Origin: a virus
Taxonomy: Duplodnaviria; Caudoviricetes
Length of the DNA stretch: 61,545 nucleotides
Virus record (IMG/VR): IMGVR_UViG_3300035673_000003
Location: 1-61,545 of that record
Strand: one strand, 5' to 3'
Below are positions 1 through 10,131 of the stretch, one piece after another. The notes under the pieces are model-generated. The model did no database searches, had not been told where the DNA came from, and was given only the letters and a program-made list of their open reading frames with translations. The translations under genes were made by a program, and so were the position numbers. Positions within the stretch are counted from its first letter, which is position 1. The number at the start of each line of letters is the position of its first letter.

Positions 1-1148
1 TCCTCGCCTCTCACACGTCGGGCTTTGGCAACAAGCTCTCCACCGGCCTCTCCGCAATGGTGGGCAACCGCATGACGGCGCGTGCGCGCAAGGCGCTCAC
101 CGAGGACGGGCTGTTCAAGGACGGCAAGCTGATCGACCAAGAGGGCTGGATCTCCAACAATTTCGACTGGACCCAGCACCACATTCGGCCGTTGCTCGAA
201 AAGCAGGGAGTGAAATTCGGCGAGGACATGAGCGAGGAGGACAAGGCCAAGGCGGTCAAGTTCACCTCGGCCCACTTTTCGGCAAAGAATGCCGCGGACC
301 TGGTGCTGACCAATCTTCTGGATCAGCCGCTGGTCGAGCGCGCGAGGAGCCGCCACACGGTCGGCCTCGAGAAGATGGACGACCTCCAACGCAAGGATGC
401 AGGGCTCGCCTTTGAAGGTGTCAAGAAACAGCTCCTCGACGCCAGCACCGCAGTGGCGAAGATCGGCCCGGTGATCGACGCCTTGAACAGCGCGGCCAAG
501 GCGCTGGGCAACTTCACCAAGGCGGTCAACAGCGGCAAGGTCGGAGAGGACACGCGCGGCGGTCGCTGGCTGAAAGAACTGGGAACTCCGGTCGAGGCTC
601 TCAACGAGCGAACCAACCGCGAGAACCTCGCGGCTCAGGCGCGCGAGATCGACGGCAAGCTCGCCGGCGGCTATCTGGACGACGCCACCGCCCGCAAGCT
701 GCGCTTGCGCCGGTTCGACCTGCAGTCCGGCATCGATCAATCGAACAACGCCGCGACCATGCCTTCGATCTATTCCGACGCCGAGATGGAGCAGTGGCAG
801 GAGCGCGCTCGCGAGCATAACCGCGGCAACTACGGCTCACGGCCAGGCGCTCCGACCATCCCCACTCCGACGCCGCGTCCTGCGGAAGCGGGCGCGGGCG
901 GGATGCCTCCGGTGCAATCGCTCGAAGGCGCGAACGTGCAGGCGACGTTGTCCGGATCGGCTGAAGTCCACGGCGAGGTGAAACAGACCATCGTGGTGGA
1001 GGCCAGCGAGTATCTCAAGGCGCTGGTTCAGAAGATGGAAAACGGCATCAAGCTGATCGGCTCGCTCACGGCGAACGGTCCCGGCTCGACCGGCAAGAGC
1101 AGTCCGGACGCTGCGGCGCCAGCGGTAGGCTTCAACGGGGTTCCATAA
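1..1148 (+). CDS. Tail tape measure protein, C-terminal part (frame open from window start)
   Basis: The frame of ORF 57..1148 is open back to base 3. Ala/Lys/Leu-rich helical composition; lies directly before the Mu gpN-like gene. Confidence 0.8.
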   Translation, partial: LASHTSGFGNKLSTGLSAMVGNRMTARARKALTEDGLFKDGKLIDQEGWISNNFDWTQHHIRPLLEKQGVKFGEDMSEEDKAKAVKFTSAHFSAKNAADLVLTNLLDQPLVERARSRHTVGLEKMDDLQRKDAGLAFEGVKKQLLDASTAVAKIGPVIDALNSAAKALGNFTKAVNSGKVGEDTRGGRWLKELGTPVEALNERTNRENLAAQAREIDGKLAGGYLDDATARKLRLRRFDLQSGIDQSNNAATMPSIYSDAEMEQWQERAREHNRGNYGSRPGAPTIPTPTPRPAEAGAGGMPPVQSLEGANVQATLSGSAEVHGEVKQTIVVEASEYLKALVQKMENGIKLIGSLTANGPGSTGKSSPDAAAPAVGFNGVP

Positions 1149-2420
1149 ATGGCGACGTTCCCTCCCAACACCGCCCCGGCCCCGCCGGTGCGGCCGCAAG
1201 CCGTGCGCGCGCGCGACTGGCTGCATACGCTGTGGCCCGCCTCCTACAAAGGCGTGCCGTTCAAGGTGGAGTGGGACGAGGAGGAGGGCTCGCGCCGCAT
1301 CGTGGAGCACGAATTCCCGATGCGGGACGATCCGTTCCTTGAGGACCTCGGGGAAGGCGTCCGGCATTACCGCTGCGACGCCTACGTGGCATCCGACAGC
1401 GCGGACGGCGATGCGGCTTCGGTGATCGCGGTATGCGCCACGCGAGGCGCTGGCGCGCTCGTCCTGCCGTCTCACGGTCCTATCATCGTCCGCGCGCTGA
1501 CCTTCAAGCGGAACCGGCAGAAGGACAAGCACGGTTATATCGCGCTGGAACTGCGCTTCGCCCGCGAAGGCGCGTCCTCGGCGCTGGCCTCCATCGGCTC
1601 GCTGGCGAACCTCGTTTTCGTGCAGGCCGACGCCACGTCGCTGGCGATCGCCAACGCCTTCGTGAAGAGCGTCCAAGTCACCCGCCAGGCGGACTACGTG
1701 GTCGCCGCAGTCAGCGACCGCACGCTCGACGCCGTGGCCGTGATGGAAGCGGTGCGGACCTCGCAGCCGGTCGATCCGGTCGTCAGCTCGGCACAGCGGA
1801 ACGAAATCCAGTCCTTGTTCTCCGACGTGCCCGCTCTGCTCGCGGACCCTGCCGCGATCGCCACGCTCCCGCAGCGCATCGTCGCGGTCGCCCGGGCGCT
1901 GGGCGATGCCATGCCCGCCAGCGCGGCGGTCTCGGCGTTCGAGCAAATCCTTACCGATCCCTCGCTGGCCTCGCTTGCCGTCAAGTCCGCTTATCCGACG
2001 CCCTCGAGGCGCACCGCGGACGACAATGCCAACGCCGCCTACCAGATGCTCCGGCTCGCGGCGGCGACGGCCTATGCGGAGGCGATCGCCCGCATGTCGC
2101 TCCCCGACCGGCCGGCCGCGATCACGCTGCGCGCCAATGTCGTGGAGTATTTCGCGCAACAGACCGACGATCTGCCTTCGGGCAGCATTGATCTCGTGCA
2201 CGCGATCTCCCTGCTTCGGGACAAGGTCGTCACGTATCTGTCGCGCACGATCATTGACCTTGCTCCGGTGGTCACGGTCGAGGCGAACCTGTCAATGCCG
2301 AGCCTGTTCTGGGCATGGCGGCTCTACGCCGACCCGACGCGCTCCCCCGAGCTGGTCGCCCGCAATCGCCTCCCGCATCCGTCGTTCTTTCCGATCTCGT
2401 TCGAGGCGTTGTCGCGGTAA
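1149..2420 (+). CDS. Mu-like DNA circularization protein (gpN-like)
   Basis: N-terminal ASYKGVPFKV...GSRRIVEHEFPMRDDPFLEDLG; C-terminal AWRLYADPTRSPELVARN..HPSF. Confidence 0.9.
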   Translation: MATFPPNTAPAPPVRPQAVRARDWLHTLWPASYKGVPFKVEWDEEEGSRRIVEHEFPMRDDPFLEDLGEGVRHYRCDAYVASDSADGDAASVIAVCATRGAGALVLPSHGPIIVRALTFKRNRQKDKHGYIALELRFAREGASSALASIGSLANLVFVQADATSLAIANAFVKSVQVTRQADYVVAAVSDRTLDAVAVMEAVRTSQPVDPVVSSAQRNEIQSLFSDVPALLADPAAIATLPQRIVAVARALGDAMPASAAVSAFEQILTDPSLASLAVKSAYPTPSRRTADDNANAAYQMLRLAAATAYAEAIARMSLPDRPAAITLRANVVEYFAQQTDDLPSGSIDLVHAISLLRDKVVTYLSRTIIDLAPVVTVEANLSMPSLFWAWRLYADPTRSPELVARNRLPHPSFFPISFEALSR

Positions 2421-3466
2421 TGGCGAGCATTGAAACGATCAGCATCAACGGCTGGACCGCCTTTGAGGAAGTCACCGTGCACGCCGCCTTCAACGAGGCG
2501 GCGCGCTCATTCTCAGCCACGCTCGCGGCCGAGCTGGGCGCCTCCACCGTCAACCGCATCTTCGACGTTGGCACCGACGTGACGATCACCACCAACGGCG
2601 AGCTCCTGTTCACCGGCCACGTCGACCAAAAGGAGCCGCACCTCTCCGCGACCGAGGCCTACATCGAGATCAGCGGGCGGTCGAAGTCGGCCGACCTGGT
2701 CGACGGCAGCGCCGAGCACGACACCGGCTATTTCGAGAACAAGACGCCGCTCGAAATCGCGCAGGAAGTTTCCAGCAAATACGGCCCGAAGTGGGAGAGC
2801 GATCAGCAGCTGGAGAAGATCGACCAATATAAATTGCAGCAAGGCGAAAGCTGCTTCCGCTGCGTCGAGAAGATGGCCCGCGATCAGGGCATGACGATCA
2901 CCGGCACGAAGGAAGGCAACGCCAAGATCACGAAGGCGGGAAGCGACCGCCAGGGCGGATCGCTCATCGAAGGCGTGTCGATCAAGATCGGCGTGGCGCA
3001 TCACAACTCGGCTAATCGCCATTCTGAAATCACCGTGCGCGGCCAGCGCCCGAGTGGCCACGATGACGACAACCTGTGGATCGAGGAGACGGAGAAAGAC
3101 AGCGCCGTAAAACGGCACCGCGCGCTCATCATCGTGCAGGACAGCGACACCGACAAAAAGCGGGCGAAGAAGCGGGCGAAAAACCGCAAGGACCGCACCG
3201 CGGGCAACTCGCTCAAGGCGACTATCACGGTGCAGGGCTTCCACGATGACAGCGGCCAGCTGTGGGAGCCGGGCAATCTGGTCTGGACCGAGAGCCCGTT
3301 CCTCGACATCGCGCAAGACATGCTGATCGAGAGCGTCGATTACCACCAATCGGAAAAAGGCAGCATCACCACGCTGAACCTCACCGACCCTCGCGCCTAC
3401 GGCGGCGAGGGGGCGGGCGGCGGTAAGGGCAACCAATCCGGCGGCGAATGGGACATGGGGGAATAA
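2420..3466 (+). CDS. Mu gpP/gp44-like baseplate hub protein
   Basis: ATG overlaps the upstream stop. ISGRSKSADLVDGSA and GQLWEPGNLV motifs; synteny. Confidence 0.85.
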   Translation: MASIETISINGWTAFEEVTVHAAFNEAARSFSATLAAELGASTVNRIFDVGTDVTITTNGELLFTGHVDQKEPHLSATEAYIEISGRSKSADLVDGSAEHDTGYFENKTPLEIAQEVSSKYGPKWESDQQLEKIDQYKLQQGESCFRCVEKMARDQGMTITGTKEGNAKITKAGSDRQGGSLIEGVSIKIGVAHHNSANRHSEITVRGQRPSGHDDDNLWIEETEKDSAVKRHRALIIVQDSDTDKKRAKKRAKNRKDRTAGNSLKATITVQGFHDDSGQLWEPGNLVWTESPFLDIAQDMLIESVDYHQSEKGSITTLNLTDPRAYGGEGAGGGKGNQSGGEWDMGE

Positions 3467-3470
3467 TCGA

Positions 3471-4082
3471 ATGTCCAGCTGGGAGCACGACGACGGCATC
3501 CGGGTGACGACGCGTCGCGGCCGCATCACGAAGGTGGACGACAGCGGCACTCAGCAGCTGGTGGACCTCAAGATACTCAAGAACGAATTGCCGAAGAAGG
3601 TCTGGCGGCCGATGGACTTCGGCTACTTCTCCGTGCCACCGAACGACACCGACGGCGTCGTTGTGCAGATGGGATCTCGCTCCGATCGCACGCTCTACCT
3701 CGACGGCGGCCACAAGGACTATCGGCCGAGGAACCGGCCGGCCGGCTCGGCGGGCCTGTTCGATCAATACGGCAACTTGCTGCAGACCGATAAGGATCAC
3801 TTCGGCGTCACGCACGCCAAGAAGATCAACCTGCAGATCGGCAAGGGCTACGACGCCAAGGATGCCGCAAATTACAGCGGCCCGACGATCTCCATCGTCG
3901 CGGACAGCAACTCGGTGACGATCACTTTCAACGATGCCTCGTTCAAACTGGAAAGCGGCAAGGCCACGGTGAAAGCGCCGACGGTCATCGTCGACAGTCC
4001 CGACGTGAACCTGGGCGGCTTGGGCGGAACGCTCGTCGGGCTGTGCGGCGGCGGATGCGCCACGAAAGTTAAGGCGGTCTAA
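3471..4082 (+). CDS. Mu gp45-like baseplate spike protein
   Basis: RRGRITKVDDSGTQQLVDL and FGYFSVPP motifs; synteny. Confidence 0.85.
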   Translation: MSSWEHDDGIRVTTRRGRITKVDDSGTQQLVDLKILKNELPKKVWRPMDFGYFSVPPNDTDGVVVQMGSRSDRTLYLDGGHKDYRPRNRPAGSAGLFDQYGNLLQTDKDHFGVTHAKKINLQIGKGYDAKDAANYSGPTISIVADSNSVTITFNDASFKLESGKATVKAPTVIVDSPDVNLGGLGGTLVGLCGGGCATKVKAV

Positions 4083-4667
4083 ATGGCTTCTCTCCGCATC
4101 CGGATCAACGAGGGCGAGGACAAGCAACCGATCCTGCTCTGGGACAGCGTGTGGTCGCCGTCCGAAGGTATGGCCGACTGGGCGATGGCGGGCCCCGACG
4201 AGCCGCAGAACCAAGGCGGGCTACGTGCCAAAGCCGCACTGCATACCTCTGTCATCATTGCGCTTTTCACCGACAAGCGAATTCAGGACGACCACCCGCT
4301 GCGCTACCTGGTGGGCGACGGTGATCCTCGCGGCTGGTGGGGCGATGGCGCCGACGTGCAGAGCGATCTCGGTGAGACTGAAATGGGATCGCTGCTCTGG
4401 GTATTCGAGCGCGCACCCCTCACCGAAGATATTCGGCGTTGGGTCGAGGCGATCGCGCTCGACGCGCTCACGCCGCTTGTCAAACAAGGCGCCGTCACCC
4501 GCATCGACACTCAGGCCTTTGCGGAATTCGCGGAGGACCGCTGCGATCTCCTCATCGATCTTTACGGCCGCGACGGCACGCGGTCCTACAGCCACCGCTT
4601 TGACGACATCTGGCAGCAGTCGGTGACGTCGCCGGCGCCGAAGCCCTTCCCGCAATTCCCGACGTGA
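4083..4667 (+). CDS. Mu gp46-like baseplate protein
   Basis: LHTSVIIALFTDKR...RGWWGD...MGSLLW signature. Confidence 0.9.
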   Translation: MASLRIRINEGEDKQPILLWDSVWSPSEGMADWAMAGPDEPQNQGGLRAKAALHTSVIIALFTDKRIQDDHPLRYLVGDGDPRGWWGDGADVQSDLGETEMGSLLWVFERAPLTEDIRRWVEAIALDALTPLVKQGAVTRIDTQAFAEFAEDRCDLLIDLYGRDGTRSYSHRFDDIWQQSVTSPAPKPFPQFPT

Positions 4668-4677
4668 GGCCTGCCGA

Positions 4678-5814
4678 ATGTTCCTGTCATCCTACAAGCT
4701 GCCGTCGATCAACGATCTCGTGGAGCGGTCGCGCTCGGCGTTTCGTTCCGTCCTCAAGGGGAGCGATGCCTGGCTGTGGCCGAATAACGTCTACGTCAGC
4801 GCCAAGGTCATCGGCGCAATGGTGTTCGAGGCGATGGGCTTCCTCGCCTACGTCCAGAAACAAATGTTCGCTTTCAGCGCGCCGGACATCGAGAGCCTGG
4901 GAAATCACGGGATCGAATTTAACATTCCGCAGAACCCGGCCGCGCCCGCCGAAGGCGTCGTCATCGTCACCGATACCGGCGCGGTCTCCATCGCCAACGG
5001 CGCGATCCTGCAGCGCACCGACGGTGTGCAGTTCATTGTCACCACTGGCGGCTCAATCGCGACCGCTGGCAGCGTCAGCGTGTCGGTCATCGCGGCGGTG
5101 GACGGCAAAATCACCAACTGCAATCCCGGCACCAATCTCTCCATCGTCTCCGGCGTGACCGGGACCGCGCCGACGGCAGCAGTCGACAGCAACGGGATCT
5201 CGCTCGGCGCCGACCTCGAGGACATCGAGAGCTGGCGCGCGCGCATCCTGTTCCGGAAGCGCAACCCACCGCACGGCGGCAGCGCCGCGGACTATGTCCA
5301 GTGGGCGGGCCAGGTCGCGGGCGTGTCGTTCTATATCGACCGGCCGACCGTCTACGTCGAGAGGCTGTGGAACGGCCCCGGCACGGTGCGCGTGTTTCCG
5401 CTGATGTATGATCTCTATGCCAACGGCATCCCGTCGCCCGCCGACGTGGTGCGAGTGCAGAACTACATCGAGACCGTCCGCCCCGCTGGCGCGAGGGTTA
5501 CGGTAGCCGCGCCGCAGGCTGTGCCGGTCAACATCACCATTTCGGGCCTGCAGCCGAATACATTGGACGTGCAGAACGCCGTGCTGGCCGAGCTGCTCGA
5601 CACATTCATCCGACTGTCTCGCGTTGCAGGCAATGACAGCAACTTCGGCAGCATGCCGTATCTGGCATATCCCACCTCGTTCTCCCTCTCGTGGATTTGG
5701 CAAGCCGTCGCCAATGCGACCGGCGAACAGCGGCACGTGATCGTGTCGCCGGTCGCTGACGTCGCTCTCACCGCAGGACAAATGGCGACGCTCGGGACGG
5801 TGACGTTCACCTAA
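4678..5814 (+). CDS. Baseplate J / Mu gp47-like protein
   Basis: GADLEDIESWRARIL...PPHGGSAADYVQWA...GPGTVRV. Confidence 0.92.
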   Translation: MFLSSYKLPSINDLVERSRSAFRSVLKGSDAWLWPNNVYVSAKVIGAMVFEAMGFLAYVQKQMFAFSAPDIESLGNHGIEFNIPQNPAAPAEGVVIVTDTGAVSIANGAILQRTDGVQFIVTTGGSIATAGSVSVSVIAAVDGKITNCNPGTNLSIVSGVTGTAPTAAVDSNGISLGADLEDIESWRARILFRKRNPPHGGSAADYVQWAGQVAGVSFYIDRPTVYVERLWNGPGTVRVFPLMYDLYANGIPSPADVVRVQNYIETVRPAGARVTVAAPQAVPVNITISGLQPNTLDVQNAVLAELLDTFIRLSRVAGNDSNFGSMPYLAYPTSFSLSWIWQAVANATGEQRHVIVSPVADVALTAGQMATLGTVTFT

Positions 5815-5835
5815 ACAGAAAGGGCCTTCGTCACC

Positions 5836-6534
5836 ATGCGCTGTCCAACGCTTGACGACATCACCACGGCCACGCTCGCGCTGCTCCCGCGCGGCCGAGC
5901 GTGGCAAACCCGCGAAGGATCGCCGCGTCCTGGGATGGTTGCGGCCTTCAATCCGACCGCGTTCAATCCCGCCGCGTTCTCGGCAGCGCGCAAAAATCCG
6001 AGCATCCTTTATCTCTACTGGCGAGCGTTCGCCATCGTGATGCAATACCTCTCCGACCGCATTTGCGCGCTGCGGCTGGAGTTCTGGTGTCAGAGCATCG
6101 CCGAGACGCGCGCCGACTGGATGAACGAATACGGCCTACCGGACGCCTGCGATCCCTTCCCTGATCTCTGCACGAAGGTCGCGGCGATCGGCGGCACTCG
6201 CTGCGAATACTACGCGGAGGTCGCGGCGCGCTCCGGCTGGTCGATCCAGTGTGGCGAAGCTCTCCGAAGCTGCGGCAGCCACGCCGGCTTCGCGAGGGCT
6301 GGCCGCGCAAAGGCTGGTGCGACGCTAGGCTTCTCCGTCCTCCGCATCATCGTCTCGCTTCCCAACAGTCCGGCCTATCAGCCTGTCGCCCGCTATCTGC
6401 CTTCGCGTGCTGGCCGGATGCGAGCGGGCCGGCGGCTGTCGTGCCAACCCGATCTCCTACCGTTGCAGTGCATCCTTTCGCGCGTGATCCACGCTGAAAT
6501 CCTTCAAGTCTATGAGGTGACAACCAATGTCTAG
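5836..6534 (+). CDS. Mu gp48/YmfQ (DUF2313)-like baseplate wedge protein
   Basis: LALLPRGRAW and DWMNEYGLPD motifs; follows baseplate J. Confidence 0.85.
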   Translation: MRCPTLDDITTATLALLPRGRAWQTREGSPRPGMVAAFNPTAFNPAAFSAARKNPSILYLYWRAFAIVMQYLSDRICALRLEFWCQSIAETRADWMNEYGLPDACDPFPDLCTKVAAIGGTRCEYYAEVAARSGWSIQCGEALRSCGSHAGFARAGRAKAGATLGFSVLRIIVSLPNSPAYQPVARYLPSRAGRMRAGRRLSCQPDLLPLQCILSRVIHAEILQVYEVTTNV

Positions 6535-7918
6535 TATTGATCTCCTTGGCCCCGCCAACGCCCCGGGCGCAGTCACGTCGCGCCCCGGTGATACGCGGGC
6601 CTTCGGCACCGTCGACACATTCTTCAAGGATTGCAGCTCGCCGCTGCTCGACGACGGCACCGAATTCCAAGCCGCATGGTACAATCAAGTCCTGGCGGTC
6701 CTTCGCGCGCTGGCGCGCGGCAACGGCCAGACTGCGGGTGCGATCGACATCGTCACCCAGAACAACGCCGACGACAATCTGGTGCTCAAGGCCGTCCAGC
6801 ACCTGATCCAGCGCGGACAGCCGCAATGGGCGGTCGACACTGGCGCTGCGAACGCGATGGTTATCGCTCCGACGCCCGCCGTGGCAGAGTACACCCCCGG
6901 CCTTCGCTTTTTTATCAAGACGGCCGCCGCGCCGACCGGGCCGACGACGCTCAACGCCAGCGCCTTGGGTAACGCCAACGTCTACAACAACGTGAACCAG
7001 CCGCTGAGTGGCGGCGAATGGGTCGCCGGTCAAATCATCCAGGTCGCCTATGACGGCGCTAACTTCCAGCTCGTCTGGATCAAGCAGCCGGGCGCGCCGA
7101 TCTACCTCAACACGACGCGAGACTACTACATCAACTCCGTCACCGGTTCGAACAGCAACGATGGCCTGACGCCGGGCACGCCTTGGGCGACGCTGGCCTT
7201 CGCCGCGCAATTTATCTCGCGGTTCAATTTGAATGGCTTCAATCTGAATATGCACGTCGCGAACGGCGGCTATGCCAGCGTTTCGCTCCCGGGCCTTTCC
7301 GGTACGGGCAAGGTGAACTGGATCGGCAACCTCGCGTCGCCCGCGAGCTGTGTCATAACCGGGACCAATTCGTCGTCCGTGTTCAGCCTTGGCGCGTCCG
7401 GCCAGCATACAATGGACGGCTTCCGAGTGACCGCCTCGGGCGCGGCCCCCGGCGACGGCATTTGCGGCTTCTCCTGTGCCGGTAACAACACGCTCGTTTT
7501 AGGGGCCATCGACTTCGGCCCCTGCGTCGGCGCTCACATTTCGGCATCGCAAAATGCGCTCGTGTCGAACCTCACTGCAGGCTGTCTCTGGACAATCAGC
7601 GGTGGCTGTAGCGGGAACGCCCTCGAAGACGGATCGTTCCTATATACCTACGGTGGGAAATTTATCACCAACTCGGCCGGTGGCCCGGCGATCAACGTTC
7701 CAGGGCCGATCACGCTGGCCGGATCGTTCGTCGAAGCACACTATTCGGCCTTCGCACAGTTGGTCTACGCATCGTTGACTGGCGGCGGCAACGTCACCGG
7801 TCGACGCTTCCTGTCGGACACCAACTCTAACATTTCCGTCGCTGGCGGGGGCGCGTCTTACTACCCCGGCACGATCGCCGGCGTCGCATCTTCCGCCACC
7901 TTCGGCAGTTACACCTAA
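6527..7918 (+). CDS. Tail fibre protein 1
   Basis: N-terminal baseplate-anchor-like segment (AAWYNQVL...QLVLKAVQ-like), YYINSVTGSNSNDGLT motif and Gly/Ser/Asn-rich beta C-terminus. Confidence 0.85.
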   Translation: MSSIDLLGPANAPGAVTSRPGDTRAFGTVDTFFKDCSSPLLDDGTEFQAAWYNQVLAVLRALARGNGQTAGAIDIVTQNNADDNLVLKAVQHLIQRGQPQWAVDTGAANAMVIAPTPAVAEYTPGLRFFIKTAAAPTGPTTLNASALGNANVYNNVNQPLSGGEWVAGQIIQVAYDGANFQLVWIKQPGAPIYLNTTRDYYINSVTGSNSNDGLTPGTPWATLAFAAQFISRFNLNGFNLNMHVANGGYASVSLPGLSGTGKVNWIGNLASPASCVITGTNSSSVFSLGASGQHTMDGFRVTASGAAPGDGICGFSCAGNNTLVLGAIDFGPCVGAHISASQNALVSNLTAGCLWTISGGCSGNALEDGSFLYTYGGKFITNSAGGPAINVPGPITLAGSFVEAHYSAFAQLVYASLTGGGNVTGRRFLSDTNSNISVAGGGASYYPGTIAGVASSATFGSYT

Positions 7919-7932
7919 CAGGGCAGGGACCA

Positions 7933-8475
7933 ATGATTAGTTACAATCCGCGAAACTGGTACTGGGCTGTCCTCGGACGGTCGACACAGGTTTTTTCGAG
8001 TGCGACCGGCGGTTATGTCGATCTCACCGATGCGACGTTCAAGGCGTGGCTCGACGGCGGCGGCCACGCCACACTGATCGACGGCGAGGCGAGCCTGATT
8101 GCCGTTCTCGCGGAGGCCGCGCCGGACATCGTCGTTCACACACCGGCCGGACTTGCTGCCTATGCGGCGACGGCCCGGTACGCGAAAGAGAATGCCGGAA
8201 TTGTTTTCAACGGCATCCCGATCGCCACAGATGACCGCTCAAAGCAGATGCTCATGGGCGCGCGGATCGCAGCGACTGCGGATCCCGCGTTCAAGGCGAA
8301 TTGGGCGGGCTCGGACGGCAACGTCTACTCGCTGACGGCAGATCAGATCATCGCGGTATCGAACGCGGTGCTGGCTCACGTCAACTCCTGCTTCGATAAA
8401 TTCGCTGCGGTCAAGGCCGCGATCGCGGCGGACACCGTACAGTCGAAGGCGGCGGTCGACGCTCTGTTCGCCTGA
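7933..8475 (+). CDS. Tail fibre assembly/chaperone protein (DUF4376-like C-terminus)
   Basis: RYAKENAGIVFNGIPIATDDRSK...W..SDG....LTADQIIAV...HVNSCF; follows the fibre gene. Confidence 0.75.
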   Translation: MISYNPRNWYWAVLGRSTQVFSSATGGYVDLTDATFKAWLDGGGHATLIDGEASLIAVLAEAAPDIVVHTPAGLAAYAATARYAKENAGIVFNGIPIATDDRSKQMLMGARIAATADPAFKANWAGSDGNVYSLTADQIIAVSNAVLAHVNSCFDKFAAVKAAIAADTVQSKAAVDALFA

Positions 8476-8499
8476 CCTCCGAAGGGTTTCAGATCGCCA

Positions 8500-8527
8500 A
8501 AGGCCGCCCCACCGGGCGGCCTTTTCA
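8500..8527 (+). terminator. Intrinsic terminator-like hairpin
   Basis: AAGGCCGCCC-CACC-GGGCGGCCTT followed by TTCA. Confidence 0.75.
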
Positions 8528-8557
8528 TTTGGTCATTGAGAAGCGAGAAGCATCACC

Positions 8558-10075
8558 ATGCCCGTCAAGCACAATCATCATTCGGGCGCTCCGGATAACG
8601 GCGATCCCACCGAAATCCAGCCGTCGCATTGGGATGCCGACCATGTCTTGACGGGCTTCCTCGCGCTGCTGGACGCGCTGGTTGCTGCACCGAATTCGAT
8701 CATCACGCTCGATGGCGCCGCGCAGCCCTCGACTGTACTGCTGTCGACGCTTGCTCCGTCGTTTTCCCCGAACTTCACCGGCGTCCCGCTGGCGCCGACG
8801 GCCGCGCTCGGCGTGTTCACCAATCAGATCGCGACGATGGCGGCGGTGCAAAACGCGATCAGCGCCCTCGTGGCTTCCGCGCCTGGCACGCTCGATACGC
8901 TCAATGAAATCTCCGCCGCGCTCGGAGCCGATCCTAACTTTTCCGCGACCATGCTCACCGCGCTGGGCAATCGTCTCCGCGTCGACGCCGCGCAAGGACT
9001 GACGACGCCGCAGAAGGCGCAGGCGGTCGCCAACCTCGGGCTTGCCGTCGTCGCGGTGTCCGGCGCCTACGCGGACTTGTCCGGCAAGCCGACGCTCGGC
9101 ACCGCAGCGGCGCTGAATGTAGGCACCGGCGCGAACCAAGTCGTGCAGCTGGACGGTTCCGGGCACATGCCGGCGGTCGACGGATCGGCGCTGACCAACG
9201 TTATTACTACCGGCTCTATTCTTTATTCCGCATCGCAATCGCTGACCGACGCGCAAAAGCTGCAAGCGCTATCGAACCTCTCGCAGGTTCCGCAGTGCGG
9301 GCGTTTTGTGTACTCCAGCGCGACGGCTTGCCAGTTCGCCCCGTTTCGCGGCGACCTGATTAAAATTAACGGCCTTGTGTACCGCATCCCGGGAGCGGGC
9401 ATCGCCGGCCTCGCCAACACCGGCATTTTCATCAACGGAGTAGCCGGGCAAAATCTGGCGGCCTCGACGCTGTATTATGTCTTTGCGTTCATCAACGGCG
9501 GCGTCATCACGGCGGATTTTTCCAACACCGTCGGACACGCCACCGATACTTCCGCAGGAAACTCCGGCGTCGAAGTCAAGAACGGCGACGGCACCCGATC
9601 GCTGATCGGCATGATCTACACCAACGGCAGCAGCCAGTTTCAGGACAACACCGCTACGACGGTCGGGGTTATCTCGTGGTTCAATCGCCGCCAACGGCAG
9701 ATGCAATCGGCTCTGGCAAATTCGGGGACGATCACGACGACCTATTGGCAGGAAGTGGCCGCCGCTATGCGGCTGTCGTTTCTGGTTTGGTCCGATGAAA
9801 ATTGGGTCACTGCGACCGCGACCGGAGATGCCGCGGTGACAGGCGCTGCGGCGAACTACGGGATTGGCATCGGGCTTGATGGCGTCACTGGCACGGCGCT
9901 GTTGCCCGGCTACGCTGTTCCGTATTTCACCAACTCCAACCACAACGCCGTATCGGCAGCGGGAGCCGGGGTCGGGCTTACCGAAGGGGCTCACTTCATC
10001 ACCATGCTAGGCGGTGCCAACGCCGGCAGCGTTCAGTATGCAACCTGCGGCACGACGGCGCGGTTCAGCGGCTAG
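8558..10075 (+). CDS. Tail fibre protein 2
   Basis: SPNFTGVPLAPTA...NQIAT and APGTLDTLNEISAALGADPNFSATM fibre motifs; N-terminal PSHWDADH. Confidence 0.85.
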   Translation: MPVKHNHHSGAPDNGDPTEIQPSHWDADHVLTGFLALLDALVAAPNSIITLDGAAQPSTVLLSTLAPSFSPNFTGVPLAPTAALGVFTNQIATMAAVQNAISALVASAPGTLDTLNEISAALGADPNFSATMLTALGNRLRVDAAQGLTTPQKAQAVANLGLAVVAVSGAYADLSGKPTLGTAAALNVGTGANQVVQLDGSGHMPAVDGSALTNVITTGSILYSASQSLTDAQKLQALSNLSQVPQCGRFVYSSATACQFAPFRGDLIKINGLVYRIPGAGIAGLANTGIFINGVAGQNLAASTLYYVFAFINGGVITADFSNTVGHATDTSAGNSGVEVKNGDGTRSLIGMIYTNGSSQFQDNTATTVGVISWFNRRQRQMQSALANSGTITTTYWQEVAAAMRLSFLVWSDENWVTATATGDAAVTGAAANYGIGIGLDGVTGTALLPGYAVPYFTNSNHNAVSAAGAGVGLTEGAHFITMLGGANAGSVQYATCGTTARFSG

Positions 10076-10081
10076 GCATCT

Positions 10082-10110
10082 AAGGCCGCCCTTTCGGGGC
10101 GGCCTTTTCA
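10082..10110 (+). terminator. Intrinsic terminator-like hairpin (near copy of 8500-8527)
   Basis: AAGGCCGCCC-TTTCG-GGGCGGCCTT followed by TTCA. Confidence 0.75.
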
Positions 10111-10131
10111 ATTTTGACGGGGGCATATTTC

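Noticed and set aside
6527-10075. Diversity-generating retroelement or invertible tail-fibre switch
   Set aside because: No reverse transcriptase, template/variable repeat pair, invertase or inverted fibre fragments were seen.
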